DNA from: Tetramitus jugosus
Taxonomy: Eukaryota > Protista > Heterolobosea
NCBI GenBank assembly: GCA_937625935.1
Contig: OW569384.1
Location: forward strand, 248,001 to 312,000
Direction of reading: 5' to 3'
Length of the DNA stretch: 64,000 nucleotides
Part shown: positions 1 through 11,203 of the stretch, piece after piece
How positions within the stretch are numbered: the first letter of the stretch is position 1
Layout of the letters: each line of letters opens with the position of its first letter
Position numbers and translations under genes: made by a program
Notes under the pieces: model-generated
What the model was told of the DNA's origin: nothing
The model's database searches: none
The model's input: the letters and a program-made list of their open reading frames with translations, nothing else

Positions 1-2231
1 GTCGGTACAAGAACCAGTGAGGCAGAAGTCATTCAATTGTTGTCCAATTTTGCACATGAGACACGTGTTTGCAACAGTAAGCAAACTGCATCTGAACTCG
101 CTCTGTCCATTCTCAATGATTTGTACGAGCAGAACTTGGTCAAGAAACCAGAGGCAGAAGGTCCATCATCAGGCAGCAAGGTCAAGGAACTCACTGAAGC
201 CATCAGTCTCGGTAGACAATTCGAAGAACAACAAAAGCAGAACGAGATGATGATGGAAGTGGCCACTGGAACATCTGTGCCTTCTGCCAGCTCCATCAAC
301 TTTAATGAACAGTTGGATTGGGAGAAGAGAATGGCAAAGTTGAGAGCAGAGAAGCAAGCCAAGCGTGATGCAAAGGAAAGAGATGCCAAGATGGTTGAAT
401 ACGAAGAGTATTTGAAGAGAAGAGGCTTGTCCAATTCGAGAGGTATTGTCAAGATGCACAATGCTGATCAAGTCACTGGTACGAGAGACGTTGTGTTGAG
501 AAATATTTCAGTCTCTGTTGGTAACTCTGAATTGTTGACTGATTCTGACTTTATGTTGCACTGTGGACATCGTTATGGTTTGATTGGTAGAAACGGTGTG
601 GGAAAGGTTTGTAGGCTCTACCTCTTGATTTTATCATTATTTTTTTTTCGTTGTCTCGCGTACTGACTCTTACACCAATGTACACAAAATAGACCACCTT
701 GTTGCGACACTTTGTGGAGAGAGATTTGGTCGGTATTCCACCATATTTGCAAATTTTGCACATTGAACAGGAAGTGACGGGAGATGAGACAACTGCAATC
801 GACTCTGTGTTGAAGACAGATGTGGAACGATTGTCATTGTTGGCAGAGGAGAAGAAGCTCTTGGAAGGCAACAACGAAGATGCCGATGAGAGATTGACCG
901 AGATTTATGCACGTATGGATGAGATTGATGGCCATAGTGCTGAATCGAGAGCAGCAGCCATCTTGAGTGGTCTGCAGTTCACTCCAGAGATGCAAAACCA
1001 AAAAACAAAGGACTTTTCTGGTGGTTGGAGAATGCGTATCGCCTTGGCACGTGCTCTGTTCGTTGAGCCTGATATTCTGTTGCTTGATGAACCTACCAAT
1101 CACTTGGATTTGGCTGCTGTTCTCTGGCTGGAGAACTATTTGACAAAGTGGAAGAAGACACTGGTTGTTGTTTCTCACGCCCGTTCCTTCTTGAACAATG
1201 TTGTGACCGACATTGTTCACTTCCATGAAAAGCAACTGCACTACTACAGAGGAGATTACAATACATTTGAAAAGACGAGACTTGATTCACTCAAGTTGCA
1301 ACAAAAGACATTTGAAGCACAGGAGAAACAAAGGAAACACATTCAACAATTTATTGATCGGTTTAGATACAAGACTGCCACTGCAAAGATGGTTCAATCG
1401 CGTATCAAAATGCTAGAGAAGATAGAGTTTGTTGCTGCAGTTGCAGAAGATCCTACATTCACCTTTGCTATACCGTCTCCAGAGCCTGAAGCACCACCTT
1501 ATCTCCAGGCTTGCGATGTCACATTCGGCTTCTCCGAACACAAGATTTTGTTCAAGAAATTGAACTTTAATTTGGATATGGACTCTCGGATTGCCCTCGT
1601 TGGTCCTAACGGTGCGGGAAAGGTTTGTATCTCTATATGACAATTCTTTTTGTGTGTTCTTGTTCAGTCGTCATTCATACACAGTGTACTAACTCTTATG
1701 CATCTATACAAATAGACTACTTTCCTTAATGTGTTGATGGGCGATCTGAAACCACTTGATGGCTACGTGAACCTGAACCGGAAACTGAGAATTGCTCGAT
1801 TCAATCAGCATCATATTGAGCAACTCGACTTGAGACTGACTCCATTGGAATATATGCAGGGCAAGTTCCCACAATCCGATCCACAGGCATTGAGAGGTCA
1901 TCTCGGTGGTCTAGGATTGAGTGGAACTTTGGCTACTCAGCCAATTTACACACTGTCTGGAGGTCAGAAGAGCAGAGTGTCATTCTCAGAGCTAACATTC
2001 ATGAAGCCTCATTTGTTGCTGCTTGATGAACCTACGAATCACTTGGATATCGACTCTGTCGACGCATTGATTCAAGCATTGAACATGTACGGTGGTGGTA
2101 TTCTCGTTATTTCTCACGATGAGCACTTGATTAAGACGGTGTGTGATGAAATTTGGGTATGCGCAGGTGGTGAGATCAACAAGTTTGATGGCACCTTCGA
2201 TGATTACAAGAAGTCACTGGAATTCAAATAA
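1..2231 (+). CDS. ABCF3: ABC-F family protein (ABCF3/GCN20-like), 5' end outside the window; exons <1-606, 693-1622, 1716-2231
   Basis: Two nucleotide-binding domains: GRNGVGK|TT, FSGGWRMR, LLLDEPTNHLD; then GPNGAGK|TT, LSGGQKSR, LLLDEPTNHLD. No TM segments. GT-AG introns 607-692 and 1623-1715, with branch points tactgac and tactaac, restore the frame. Confidence 0.93.
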
Positions 2232-2261
2232 ATCAGCCAGACACCTTTAATGTATGCAATA

Positions 2262-3608
2262 TCAGTGATCTGCAAGCAATTGTTGACAAATCTTCTCGAA
2301 GTCATCTCTGTTTTGCTCCACGAATTCTCTGCTCTTCTCGATCATGTACCACCACCGCAGGGGATCCCCCGTTGCCAAACCAATATCACCCAGCCCTTCT
2401 GGCGAGAAGCGATTGTATTCAATCTGTCCTGGTTTGGCACTCGTTGCGATATACTTTTCAACGTCTCTGCAAATCCGATCATTGTCACAGCAGACATTGA
2501 GCAAGCGAAGTAAGTTTGCACTTACCCCCTTCTGTTTCTGATGGTTATCATTACCTTTCCGGTGACGTCTACTGGCAGTGTTATTATCGTTTACGTTCCT
2601 CAACTCTCCACTTTCGCTTCCATCTTCAGCCACCTCACTCAGCGTTCTCACACCAGTACCTAGACTCAACAGTGTAATCTTCTTGTCCAATCCGTACACT
2701 AATCTTGCTTCCATCAGTCCCTGCATAGTTGGATTATTGTGCATGACTCCACCGTCGAAAAATTTTGCTCCATCAATCGTAACAGCATCCAGATAGAATG
2801 GAGCAGCAGTCGAAGCATTCACTGCCTCATACAGCTTGACATGCTCAAATTGCGTTCCTCTGTCTCGATACTTTGACTTGTAATTGCGGAACAGAACTGT
2901 TCGATACTTGTCCAGTGATTTGTCAAACTCACATGACACAACAACGAGCTTTCTTGCCGGATTGGGATTCTCAGGATTAAACATTCGATTCGTGCCTAAC
3001 GTAGACTTGGACAATTCTTCTGCTTTTCGAGAATCATAGACACCACGATCGCCGTGCAACAGAAAATTGAACCAACCGCGCCATCGTTTCTTACCAAATA
3101 GATGTGACCCCAAATATTCATACTCTTTGGTCACTCTTTCACAACTCAAGTTTCGTTGATTGAGCATACTGCCCAGTATGGCGCCAGTGCTCGTGCCAAC
3201 AATCATATCAAACAACTCATAGATGGGTGTGCCAGTGTAGGTCTCAATGAAGCGCAGCATTTCACATTGGATGAGACCTCTCATTCCACCGCCGTCCAGA
3301 CACAGAACATTGTATTTGGGCTTATCTAAAATGTTTGGTTGGTTAAACGTCAGGTGAGTTGGTTGCGGCACCATTACTCCGCTGTTTAAGGGAGTCATGA
3401 TGTACGGAGGAGTAGCATTTAAAATGGGGCAAGGAATGAGGGGTACAGGTTGGTTGTCGAAAGTTAGTCCAACACTGGGAGGAGGATGAATATTCACTGC
3501 ATTGGTCGACAATGAGTGAGTGTGAAGTATGGGTACAACTTCATTGGCATACTCGATTTGTGGCGTGTTGGTCGGATCAGGCACAGCGTTATTGATGTTG
3601 GAATACAT
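2262..3608 (-). CDS. Patatin-like phospholipase (iPLA2/PNPLA8-like)
   Basis: DGGGMRG glycine loop, GTSTG nucleophile elbow, STAAP and DGG motifs; Pro-rich N-terminus. Confidence 0.9.
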   Translation of the reverse strand: MYSNINNAVPDPTNTPQIEYANEVVPILHTHSLSTNAVNIHPPPSVGLTFDNQPVPLIPCPILNATPPYIMTPLNSGVMVPQPTHLTFNQPNILDKPKYNVLCLDGGGMRGLIQCEMLRFIETYTGTPIYELFDMIVGTSTGAILGSMLNQRNLSCERVTKEYEYLGSHLFGKKRWRGWFNFLLHGDRGVYDSRKAEELSKSTLGTNRMFNPENPNPARKLVVVSCEFDKSLDKYRTVLFRNYKSKYRDRGTQFEHVKLYEAVNASTAAPFYLDAVTIDGAKFFDGGVMHNNPTMQGLMEARLVYGLDKKITLLSLGTGVRTLSEVAEDGSESGELRNVNDNNTASRRHRKGNDNHQKQKGVSANLLRLLNVCCDNDRICRDVEKYIATSAKPGQIEYNRFSPEGLGDIGLATGDPLRWWYMIEKSREFVEQNRDDFEKICQQLLADH

Positions 3609-3921
3609 TGTTCTTTCTTTACTTTCTTTGGTTCATGTTATGGGAATATTCCACATTCTCCTCAAGAGTTGATCTTCAGAAATAAGCGCGGAACGCTCTT
3701 TCCGTGGTTGTATTTTTGTCATTGTATCACCGCAAAACTCCTGTCTGGACGCTGGACACGAACTCAATTTGGGGAAGGTTTTTTTATGTACATGTTGTTC
3801 AATGTGTGAGCTAATAAAATAAATACACACTTCTGAATGACAAAATTTGCAAGTCACACTCCTCGATACAGTGCTTCTTTGAACATCTCCTACTACAGTA
3901 TTATTGTTACAAGACAATCGA

Positions 3922-5469
3922 TTACTTGCCGCCACCTCCAAACATCTTTGCCAAGTTGGCCAGGTTACCCATACCACCCATGCCACCTCCCTTCATCATG
4001 TTTTGTGCTTGTTTCATCAAACTGCCCATATCGATTCCACCCATGCCACCTGGCATTCCACCAGGCATTCCTGGCATACCTCCTCCGCCCATGCCAGGCA
4101 TTCCCTTCATCATGTGTTGCAGTTTTTGTAAGTCCTTTGGTGATTTCATGTTGCTGAGTCCCATATTCTTCATGGATGAAATCATCTTTTGGAACATTTG
4201 ATATTGTTGCAACAACTCATTGACACCCTGGATGGATGTACCACTGCCCCGTGCGATTCTCCGCACTCTTTCAGGCAAATCAGCCATGTCTTGCAGCTTT
4301 GGATGATCCAATTCTTGATTGTTCATCGAGTCCATAATAGTCATGTACATTTTAATCTTTGCTTGTCCTTCCTTCTCCTGTCCCTTTGTTATCAATTGAT
4401 CACTGAATCCAGGGATCATACCCATGACTTGTGACAGTGGACCCATCTTCATAATGCTAGAAAAGTGCTCGTACATGTCTCTCATCGTATAGACACCTTG
4501 TGAGATACGTTCAAACATTTGTGGTTGCTTGTCCATATCAACTGCACCCTGAACCATCTCCATCAATGACTTGATATCACCAAATCCGAGCAATCGTTGC
4601 ACAAATGACTGTGCGTCAAACTCTTGAAACTCTGTAAACTCCTCACCCGTACCCATAAACGTAATGGGGGACCTGGTTGCAGCGACAGCAGACATGGCAC
4701 CACCACCCTTTGCATGACCATCGAGCTTCGTTATAATGACACTACCAACGTTGACTTGATTCTTGAAGGCACTGGCTTGATCGATTGCAGCCTGACCAAT
4801 CGAAGAATCCATGACAAAAATGACATCATTTGGATCGACAACCTTTGTCACGTCTTGCATTTCATCAAACAGTGCAGATTCTTGCTTGTGACGACCAGAT
4901 GTATCCACAATAATCAAATCAAACTTTTCAGTCTTGAATTGAGTCACACCGTCTCTGGCCAATTTGACCGGATCCGTCTCATTGTAGTCACCATAGAACG
5001 GAACACCAATCTTGGTTGCATTCTGAGCCAACTGATCAAAAGCACCAGCTCTGAACGTATCAGCACAAACAAGAGCCACTCTAAATCCCTTCTTCTTATA
5101 GTAGAGTGCATACTTGGTACATGTCGTGGTTTTTCCTGAGCCTTGAAGACCAACAAACATGACAATATTCTGTTGATTCTTTTTTGGTCTGAATGGAGCG
5201 ACACCAGGGTCCAACAATCGAACAAGTTCCTTGACAACGACTCTCTGGATGAGACGACGCTTGTCTGCTCCCTTTGCCTCATCTGACAAGAGCTGTTTCT
5301 TGATATTGTTCTTGAGTGAGCTCACTTGCTTAATGTTGACATCGGCAGCCATGAGACCAGATGAGATCTCATTGACCATATCAGTGATCACCTTGTCGTC
5401 AATCACAGTCTTTTTGTTGACATTGTGAAGCGCTGCGGTGAGTTTGTTTCCCAACTCTGCTAAAACCAT
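3922..5469 (-). CDS. SRP54: Signal recognition particle 54 kDa protein
   Basis: Starts MVLAELG; GLQGSGKTTT, DTFRAGA, DTSGR and TKLDG motifs; M-domain RIARGSG; GGM-rich tail. Confidence 0.97.
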   Translation of the reverse strand: MVLAELGNKLTAALHNVNKKTVIDDKVITDMVNEISSGLMAADVNIKQVSSLKNNIKKQLLSDEAKGADKRRLIQRVVVKELVRLLDPGVAPFRPKKNQQNIVMFVGLQGSGKTTTCTKYALYYKKKGFRVALVCADTFRAGAFDQLAQNATKIGVPFYGDYNETDPVKLARDGVTQFKTEKFDLIIVDTSGRHKQESALFDEMQDVTKVVDPNDVIFVMDSSIGQAAIDQASAFKNQVNVGSVIITKLDGHAKGGGAMSAVAATRSPITFMGTGEEFTEFQEFDAQSFVQRLLGFGDIKSLMEMVQGAVDMDKQPQMFERISQGVYTMRDMYEHFSSIMKMGPLSQVMGMIPGFSDQLITKGQEKEGQAKIKMYMTIMDSMNNQELDHPKLQDMADLPERVRRIARGSGTSIQGVNELLQQYQMFQKMISSMKNMGLSNMKSPKDLQKLQHMMKGMPGMGGGGMPGMPGGMPGGMGGIDMGSLMKQAQNMMKGGGMGGMGNLANLAKMFGGGGK

Positions 5470-5739
5470 TGTTGTTGATGATGTAGGTTATTGATAAAGT
5501 TGTTGTTTTGATGATTGTTGGTTGTTGGTTGTTGTTGTTGTGAAGAGAAGGGAAACTGTGTGATTGGTTGAATAATCAAAAAGCGTTTTCTCTCAAGTGT
5601 GTTCTTCTTTCCGTGTTTTATTTTTTGCGACAAAGAATTTTTGTGGTGCGCGTTACAAAATTGAACTTTCATTCTGTGGTGACGCAACAGCAAGACCAAA
5701 ATGACAAAAATACAACCAATGCATGATTGGTTTCATAAT

Positions 5740-8118
5740 TTATTGCTGCTGCTGCTGTTGTTGTTCGTCGTTGTTTCTAAAATATTGTTCAAATAGACTG
5801 CTCACCTCGTGCTGAAGTTTCGTTTGAGGAACGAGCAAGCTTCGCGCATCTGACTTGGAGAGTGTGACAATCTTTCCAAATCGGATATAGTACAGAATGA
5901 ATTGCAGGACCGACTTTTGGAAAATCTCTTGAGTAGTCTGCTTGTTGGGAAACTCTGATTCAATTTGTTCGTACATTTGTTGTAGTTGTTTGGTCCTTGT
6001 TTGCTGGAACTCCTCGGCGAGGATTCCCATGAACTCAACAGCACTCTTTTGTTCACTGTCGATCGTAATCTCAGTGTTTAAGCTTCGTCTGTTTGATTCG
6101 ATGGTCTTTTCATCCTCACCCTTGATAATTCTAGGCTCGCATGCATGAAGGAAGACTACTATTCTGTGCATTTGGATGTAAGGTTGAGTCAACAATTGTT
6201 CAACATAGGTGGCCGTGTGCGACACGAGTACATCACTCCATTCTCTGACCAATGAGGACTTTAAGTCATTATTCAAGAAAATTTTGAGAATACTGTCGAC
6301 ACAGTTGATGAGCAACACATGATCAACATGTCCACTCGTTGATTTAGCCATCAGATTGAGCAAGTGCTGCATAGATTGAGTCAAAACACGCAAATTTTGC
6401 TCCACTCGAGATGAGAATCCCAACTTCTGGATGGACGTACATAAATGGGCGTACTTTTTGCAAATTGTGAAGTGTTTCGACTCTCGATTCGTTATATTTG
6501 CGGTTAGGGCATTGGGTACAAGCAGAGTCTGCACAGAACGAACGTTGGCATCCATAATAGCGATGAATCGATCTAAGCACAGTTTTTTCACTCTTCCCCA
6601 GAAGACGCTGAGTGCTTGTTCACTAATCTCTCTTTGTGAGATGATTTGTTGAAATTCCTTAATCTTGCGCATTACAATTAAAATGGCAACACAATCGAGT
6701 GTGTTATTCACCCACGTTTCCAAAAATGAGTACAGATGCTTGAGTGTCGCAGAGAAGATTACTGAAAATAGTTGGTTACATGTTTCCATCGAGTTAAACA
6801 TTTCCAAGCAAAAAACAAATTCAGCACTCGCAGTATTGATAAGAAGCATGCCAATACTCGTCCACAACTCTTCGAATGATCGACTATCTGTTTGAGCAGT
6901 TGCCAAAGGAATCAATTGATTCGTGCATTTGTGATATCGATCCTTCAAGCAAAAGTACTGTGACAAGGTTTTCGATGCATTTTCAGCATTAAATATCGAT
7001 GAAATATCAAAAATGTTGTTCTCAACAATGGTTGAAATATTGTAATTGCCTCTGACAAACGCGCTCGGATATCTTTTGATCAGAGATCGAGTATAGTGCG
7101 AAAATGATGTCAAATAATAACTGCTCAATATGCTGCAGTACTCTCGTCGAATCTCAAGCGCACTCATGGGTGCATACGTTTCCAAAAAGTCGTAACAAGG
7201 CTTATATTTCAACAGTATCTTTTGTTGAATGAATACTTGGTTATTCACATTCTTTCTTGTCTTTTGACCGAACGCTTTAATCTTTTCCAACAGTGATTGC
7301 TTCACTCGATACACAGCAGTGCTCGTCAAATCTTTCAACATTGGTTCCAACTCCAAAAAACATGGCAAATGCCTTGGTACTGAATCTAACAAGCGCAATT
7401 GTTGATCCAAAAACTCAATCAACGAAACATACTTCTCATCAATCGGCGCATCACACACCTGAATCACCAAACTCGGTGGAATCGCCACTTTTTTCACAAA
7501 CTCTCTCATCAACTTCTCCGCTGCATTCGTATTCTTCAGCTTTACATTCATTTCATAGGAAGAGCTCTGAAGTTGCTTAATATCATCAGACATGTTACCC
7601 AACGATGACTGGAACGTCACCAACATATCTTCCATCTTCCCCAATATCTCATCAAACGAAGACAACTGTGTGTGCAAATCCGATAATTTCTCAGCCTCGG
7701 CCAAATAATCTTGAATCGAGTCAATTTCAATAGAGCGTAGCTCACGTGCAATGCTCTGATCGTACTCTCTCAGATCAAGTTCCTTTGAGATGGCATCACG
7801 AACCAAGTCATCTTCAATCACATTTTTCATCATCAATGGATCATCATCGTCATCATCATCACCACCATTGTTGGAGGCACTACGAGAAGACATCATCATC
7901 ATGGTCGAATGAAACGGATCATCATAATCCTTGTTGTTTAGTGATTCTTCTTCCATGTCCTCTAGCATGTCACTCCACTGAGGAACACTATTTTGTTGTT
8001 GTTGGCTTTCATTTTGATCATCCTTGTCGTTTACCAAGTCGTTCAACAGGAGGAGTGAAGTGGGTGTGGAGACTGTGGAGGATGCTGGTGATGTGGTGGA
8101 ACTGGAAGAATTTTGCAT
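5740..8118 (-). CDS. VPS52: Vacuolar protein sorting 52 (GARP/EARP subunit)
   Basis: DLREYDQSIARELRSIEIDSIQDY ... LGKMEDMLVTFQSSLGNMSDDIKQLQ matches the Vps52/Sac2 N-terminal coiled coil. First ATG is at 8118; the ORF track starts at a GTG at 8211. Confidence 0.88.
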   Translation of the reverse strand: MQNSSSSTTSPASSTVSTPTSLLLLNDLVNDKDDQNESQQQQNSVPQWSDMLEDMEEESLNNKDYDDPFHSTMMMMSSRSASNNGGDDDDDDDPLMMKNVIEDDLVRDAISKELDLREYDQSIARELRSIEIDSIQDYLAEAEKLSDLHTQLSSFDEILGKMEDMLVTFQSSLGNMSDDIKQLQSSSYEMNVKLKNTNAAEKLMREFVKKVAIPPSLVIQVCDAPIDEKYVSLIEFLDQQLRLLDSVPRHLPCFLELEPMLKDLTSTAVYRVKQSLLEKIKAFGQKTRKNVNNQVFIQQKILLKYKPCYDFLETYAPMSALEIRREYCSILSSYYLTSFSHYTRSLIKRYPSAFVRGNYNISTIVENNIFDISSIFNAENASKTLSQYFCLKDRYHKCTNQLIPLATAQTDSRSFEELWTSIGMLLINTASAEFVFCLEMFNSMETCNQLFSVIFSATLKHLYSFLETWVNNTLDCVAILIVMRKIKEFQQIISQREISEQALSVFWGRVKKLCLDRFIAIMDANVRSVQTLLVPNALTANITNRESKHFTICKKYAHLCTSIQKLGFSSRVEQNLRVLTQSMQHLLNLMAKSTSGHVDHVLLINCVDSILKIFLNNDLKSSLVREWSDVLVSHTATYVEQLLTQPYIQMHRIVVFLHACEPRIIKGEDEKTIESNRRSLNTEITIDSEQKSAVEFMGILAEEFQQTRTKQLQQMYEQIESEFPNKQTTQEIFQKSVLQFILYYIRFGKIVTLSKSDARSLLVPQTKLQHEVSSLFEQYFRNNDEQQQQQQQ

Positions 8119-8227
8119 GCTCTCACAAGTCTGTTCTCTGTTCTCTGTTGTTTGTGGTGTTGTGATGATGTTTTTTTTTGCTTTTTTACTTTCTCTCTGA
8201 GGAGATCTCACTTTTTTCTCCTCCTGT

Positions 8228-11087
8228 TCAGAGCTGGTGAATGCTGCTCAGGCCAACTTCACTGTTTCTCATGGCTTCCCTCAAGTTGCGTAAAAGCTCG
8301 GTGGCATTGGTGGTTGAGTCTGTTGAACAGAGGCTACCACCTACGTCAATGTCAATCTTGCTTGGATCTAGGAGCGTGTCTATTGTAGGTGGTGGGGTTG
8401 TCTGTTGCTTCTGATCAAACAGAGCACTCTCTGCGTTCATACGGTCTTGGAATAAGCGATTGAATTTCTGTGGTTTCTCTGGAGTTCTAAACCTTAGAGG
8501 CGAATCAAATTCTTCAAAATAGCTGTTATTTCTCGAGGGAGGAGAGAGGATGAATGAGGACTGGATCGAACAACAAACAGAGGTTAGAACAATATGTTCA
8601 GAGCACAAAGGATATTCTCAATGGATAGTACATACATTTCTACTCGTATTTCCGTCAGTATTCTTTCTTTTGAGTATTCCTTCGATGACTTGACTAACCA
8701 GATTTGAGTTAAACTGTGGTTTGGTTTCCTTTGAGTGTTCAGGATTGGTGTCTTCCGCTATTAGCTTCAACTGAGGAGTGACTTGCTTTTGGGGGCTATG
8801 ATTCTGTTGTTTTAAGATCCGAGGAGGACTCATGTTATTGTGGGCTGTCTGTTTCCGGAGCAAGTAAGTGTTCTTAAATATTGTCAAGGGGACAACACCT
8901 GCTAGCTCTAAAAACTTTAAATTATGCTTGAGTATCACAACCTCCTTGATGATCGAAGGGTTCTCAAATTGAATAAGAGCATTTTTGAAGTATCCACGGG
9001 CTGTTTCGAATGGAATTTCCAGAACGAACCTAGGATCTGGATAGTGGTATGAATATTTTGAAGACTTCATACGTTTGGTTGGTTTGATGGACAAATGTTG
9101 GAACACTCTTTGATTCTCATGGCAAACAGAAACGCTTCTTACGTGTTCCAGTTCTCTATTGACAGACCTCGTATCTAACCTATACACAATAATCATAGCG
9201 GCAACACTTTCATGCAATGAGATATCAGCATCGTTTCGCCATTGTGGAGTTTGTGTGCGATTCCATGAGAATAGTTTCTGGAACGATGGTATTCTTGCCG
9301 TTCTGCTCTCTTGTTCAGAACACAACCCGAGATAATACGCAGATATTTCTGTTGATCGTGCATGAGGGATACTAAGCTCTCGAAATTTGTTCGGACCAGG
9401 CGTGCTAGGCTTTTCGATCTTATTCACCTGTTTTCTATCTGGAGTGTTCGGGGCAGATTTGGGTCGCTTATCTGGAGTAAATAAAGCTGTAATCTTTTGA
9501 TGATCTATCATCGATTGGAGCTATTTCATTTGGTTGATTAGTAAGAAAACATATCTCCTCAGATATGAAAGACGATACTTACATTCTCCAAATTTGAGCG
9601 CAGATTAGAGGTTGTGTCCTTGTTGTAGTATTTACTATTTGGGGAGCCTCCAGGTAAACCAGACTTCTTCGTGGGAGAGTCTGTTCCCATTTCCTGGTTT
9701 CTCGGCGTTCTAGGGTTTTCAAGCTCGATTTCGTTACTATTAGGTAATTGATTCGTGTTCGTATGCCTTTCTTCGAGCGCCTTAAGTCTATTGTACAGTT
9801 GTTTGTTCTCTACTGTTCGTTTTAGCAGTTCCTTCTCTTGTCGTTCCTGATTTTCAGTTAGTTAAAGATATGTTGGACGACATGGTGAGGACATAAACAT
9901 ACTATTGTATAATGTTGATCTTGAATCTGTCTTTTTTGTTGTTCGATCATTGTTTCATAGTCCTTCATTTTAGAATCGTACTCTTCCTTCAGCTTCTTGG
10001 CCAACACATTGTATTCTTCTTGCATTTTTAATTCCTGATGTCTCATTTTCGCTCTTTGTATCTATTTAACATACGGCTTAGCATTGGGTTCGATATTAAG
10101 ATCCATCCAAAAGGAAAAGACATACACGCATCTTGACCCCTGAGTAATTCAAAATATGATCGATATCGGGTCTCTTTTGAGGGTCTTTTTCGAGCATTTT
10201 GTATATTAAAAACTGTAAATCTTTTGGTATGTGTGCTGGTAGTGGAGGTGGTTCTTCATTGCATATTTTCCTATGGATGACATAAGTGGTTGAACTTTAG
10301 AGTTATCATCGGACATGTCTCAGGAACGTGTGATCTAATAATTATTCATACATACTTTGCAAGTGCAAGTTGATTACCGGCGATGAAAGGAGGACGGAAC
10401 GAGGCTAGCTCATACATGAGACAGCCAAATGCCCAAATATCCCCTTTCTGATTGTAGGGCTTCTCTGTGCATAATTCAGGTGAAAAATAGAGCGGAGTTC
10501 CAACTCCAGTGTATGCGTAGTTCGATTGAGGCCCAAGAATCTTCCCCAGACCCATATCTCCAATCTTAATATTATCGTTCTTATCGAGGAAAATATTTTG
10601 CGGTTTGATGTCTCGGTGCAGAATTCTCTGTTTGTGTAAGTATTGAAGCCCTTGACAAATCTGAATCAAATAATTCCACAATAATTCCTCCTTGAACGGT
10701 ACCCTATTATCACCAATTGTTTTTCATCGTCAATCCTTGTACTTAGCAATTAGAGCTAAAGACAGACATTGCTCACAACTTTACTTACGTGTTCTGCGCT
10801 TTGAGTTTTTTGGACAAATCACCTCCAGAAGCATACTCCATAATAATGTGCAAGTGTCTGTCCTCGATAAAGCTTTCATAGTATCGAATGATATTAAAAT
10901 GATCACATTTGCTCATCACTCTCGCTTCATTCACAGTTTCTTCCTTGTCTTCTTCCGACATTCCTTCGATAGTCACTTGTTTTCGAACTAGAATCGCACC
11001 ATCAGATCGCCTTCTTACCTTGTACACACGTCCATATGTTCCTTTTCCTAGCTCTTCCAGCACTTCGAACTGAGTAATCCTACTCAT
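8228..11087 (-). CDS. NIMA-related (NEK) Ser/Thr kinase with coiled coil and long C-terminal extension; about 7 exons (approx. 11087-10789, 10703-10356, 10270-10127, 10061-9904, 9846-9583, 9520-8636, 8560-8228)
   Basis: GKGTYG, NEARVM, IMEYASGGDL, HRDIKPQNIFL, DMG, VGTPLYFSPE and DIWAFGC motifs. GTAAGT/GTATG donors and YAG acceptors join five ORF-track fragments in frame. Confidence 0.85.
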
Positions 11088-11203
11088 TCTATCACTTCTG
11101 TGTGTCGAGTGTAAATTTGGCTGTTCGATTGCGCGGGAAAATCCAAGACACATCGAAACTAAATGAAGAGGGAAAAAATGGCGCGATGATAAACCATTTT
11201 GTA

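Noticed and set aside
8228-11153. Five separate small genes, as the ORF track suggests
   Set aside because: Canonical splice sites join them into one NEK kinase gene.
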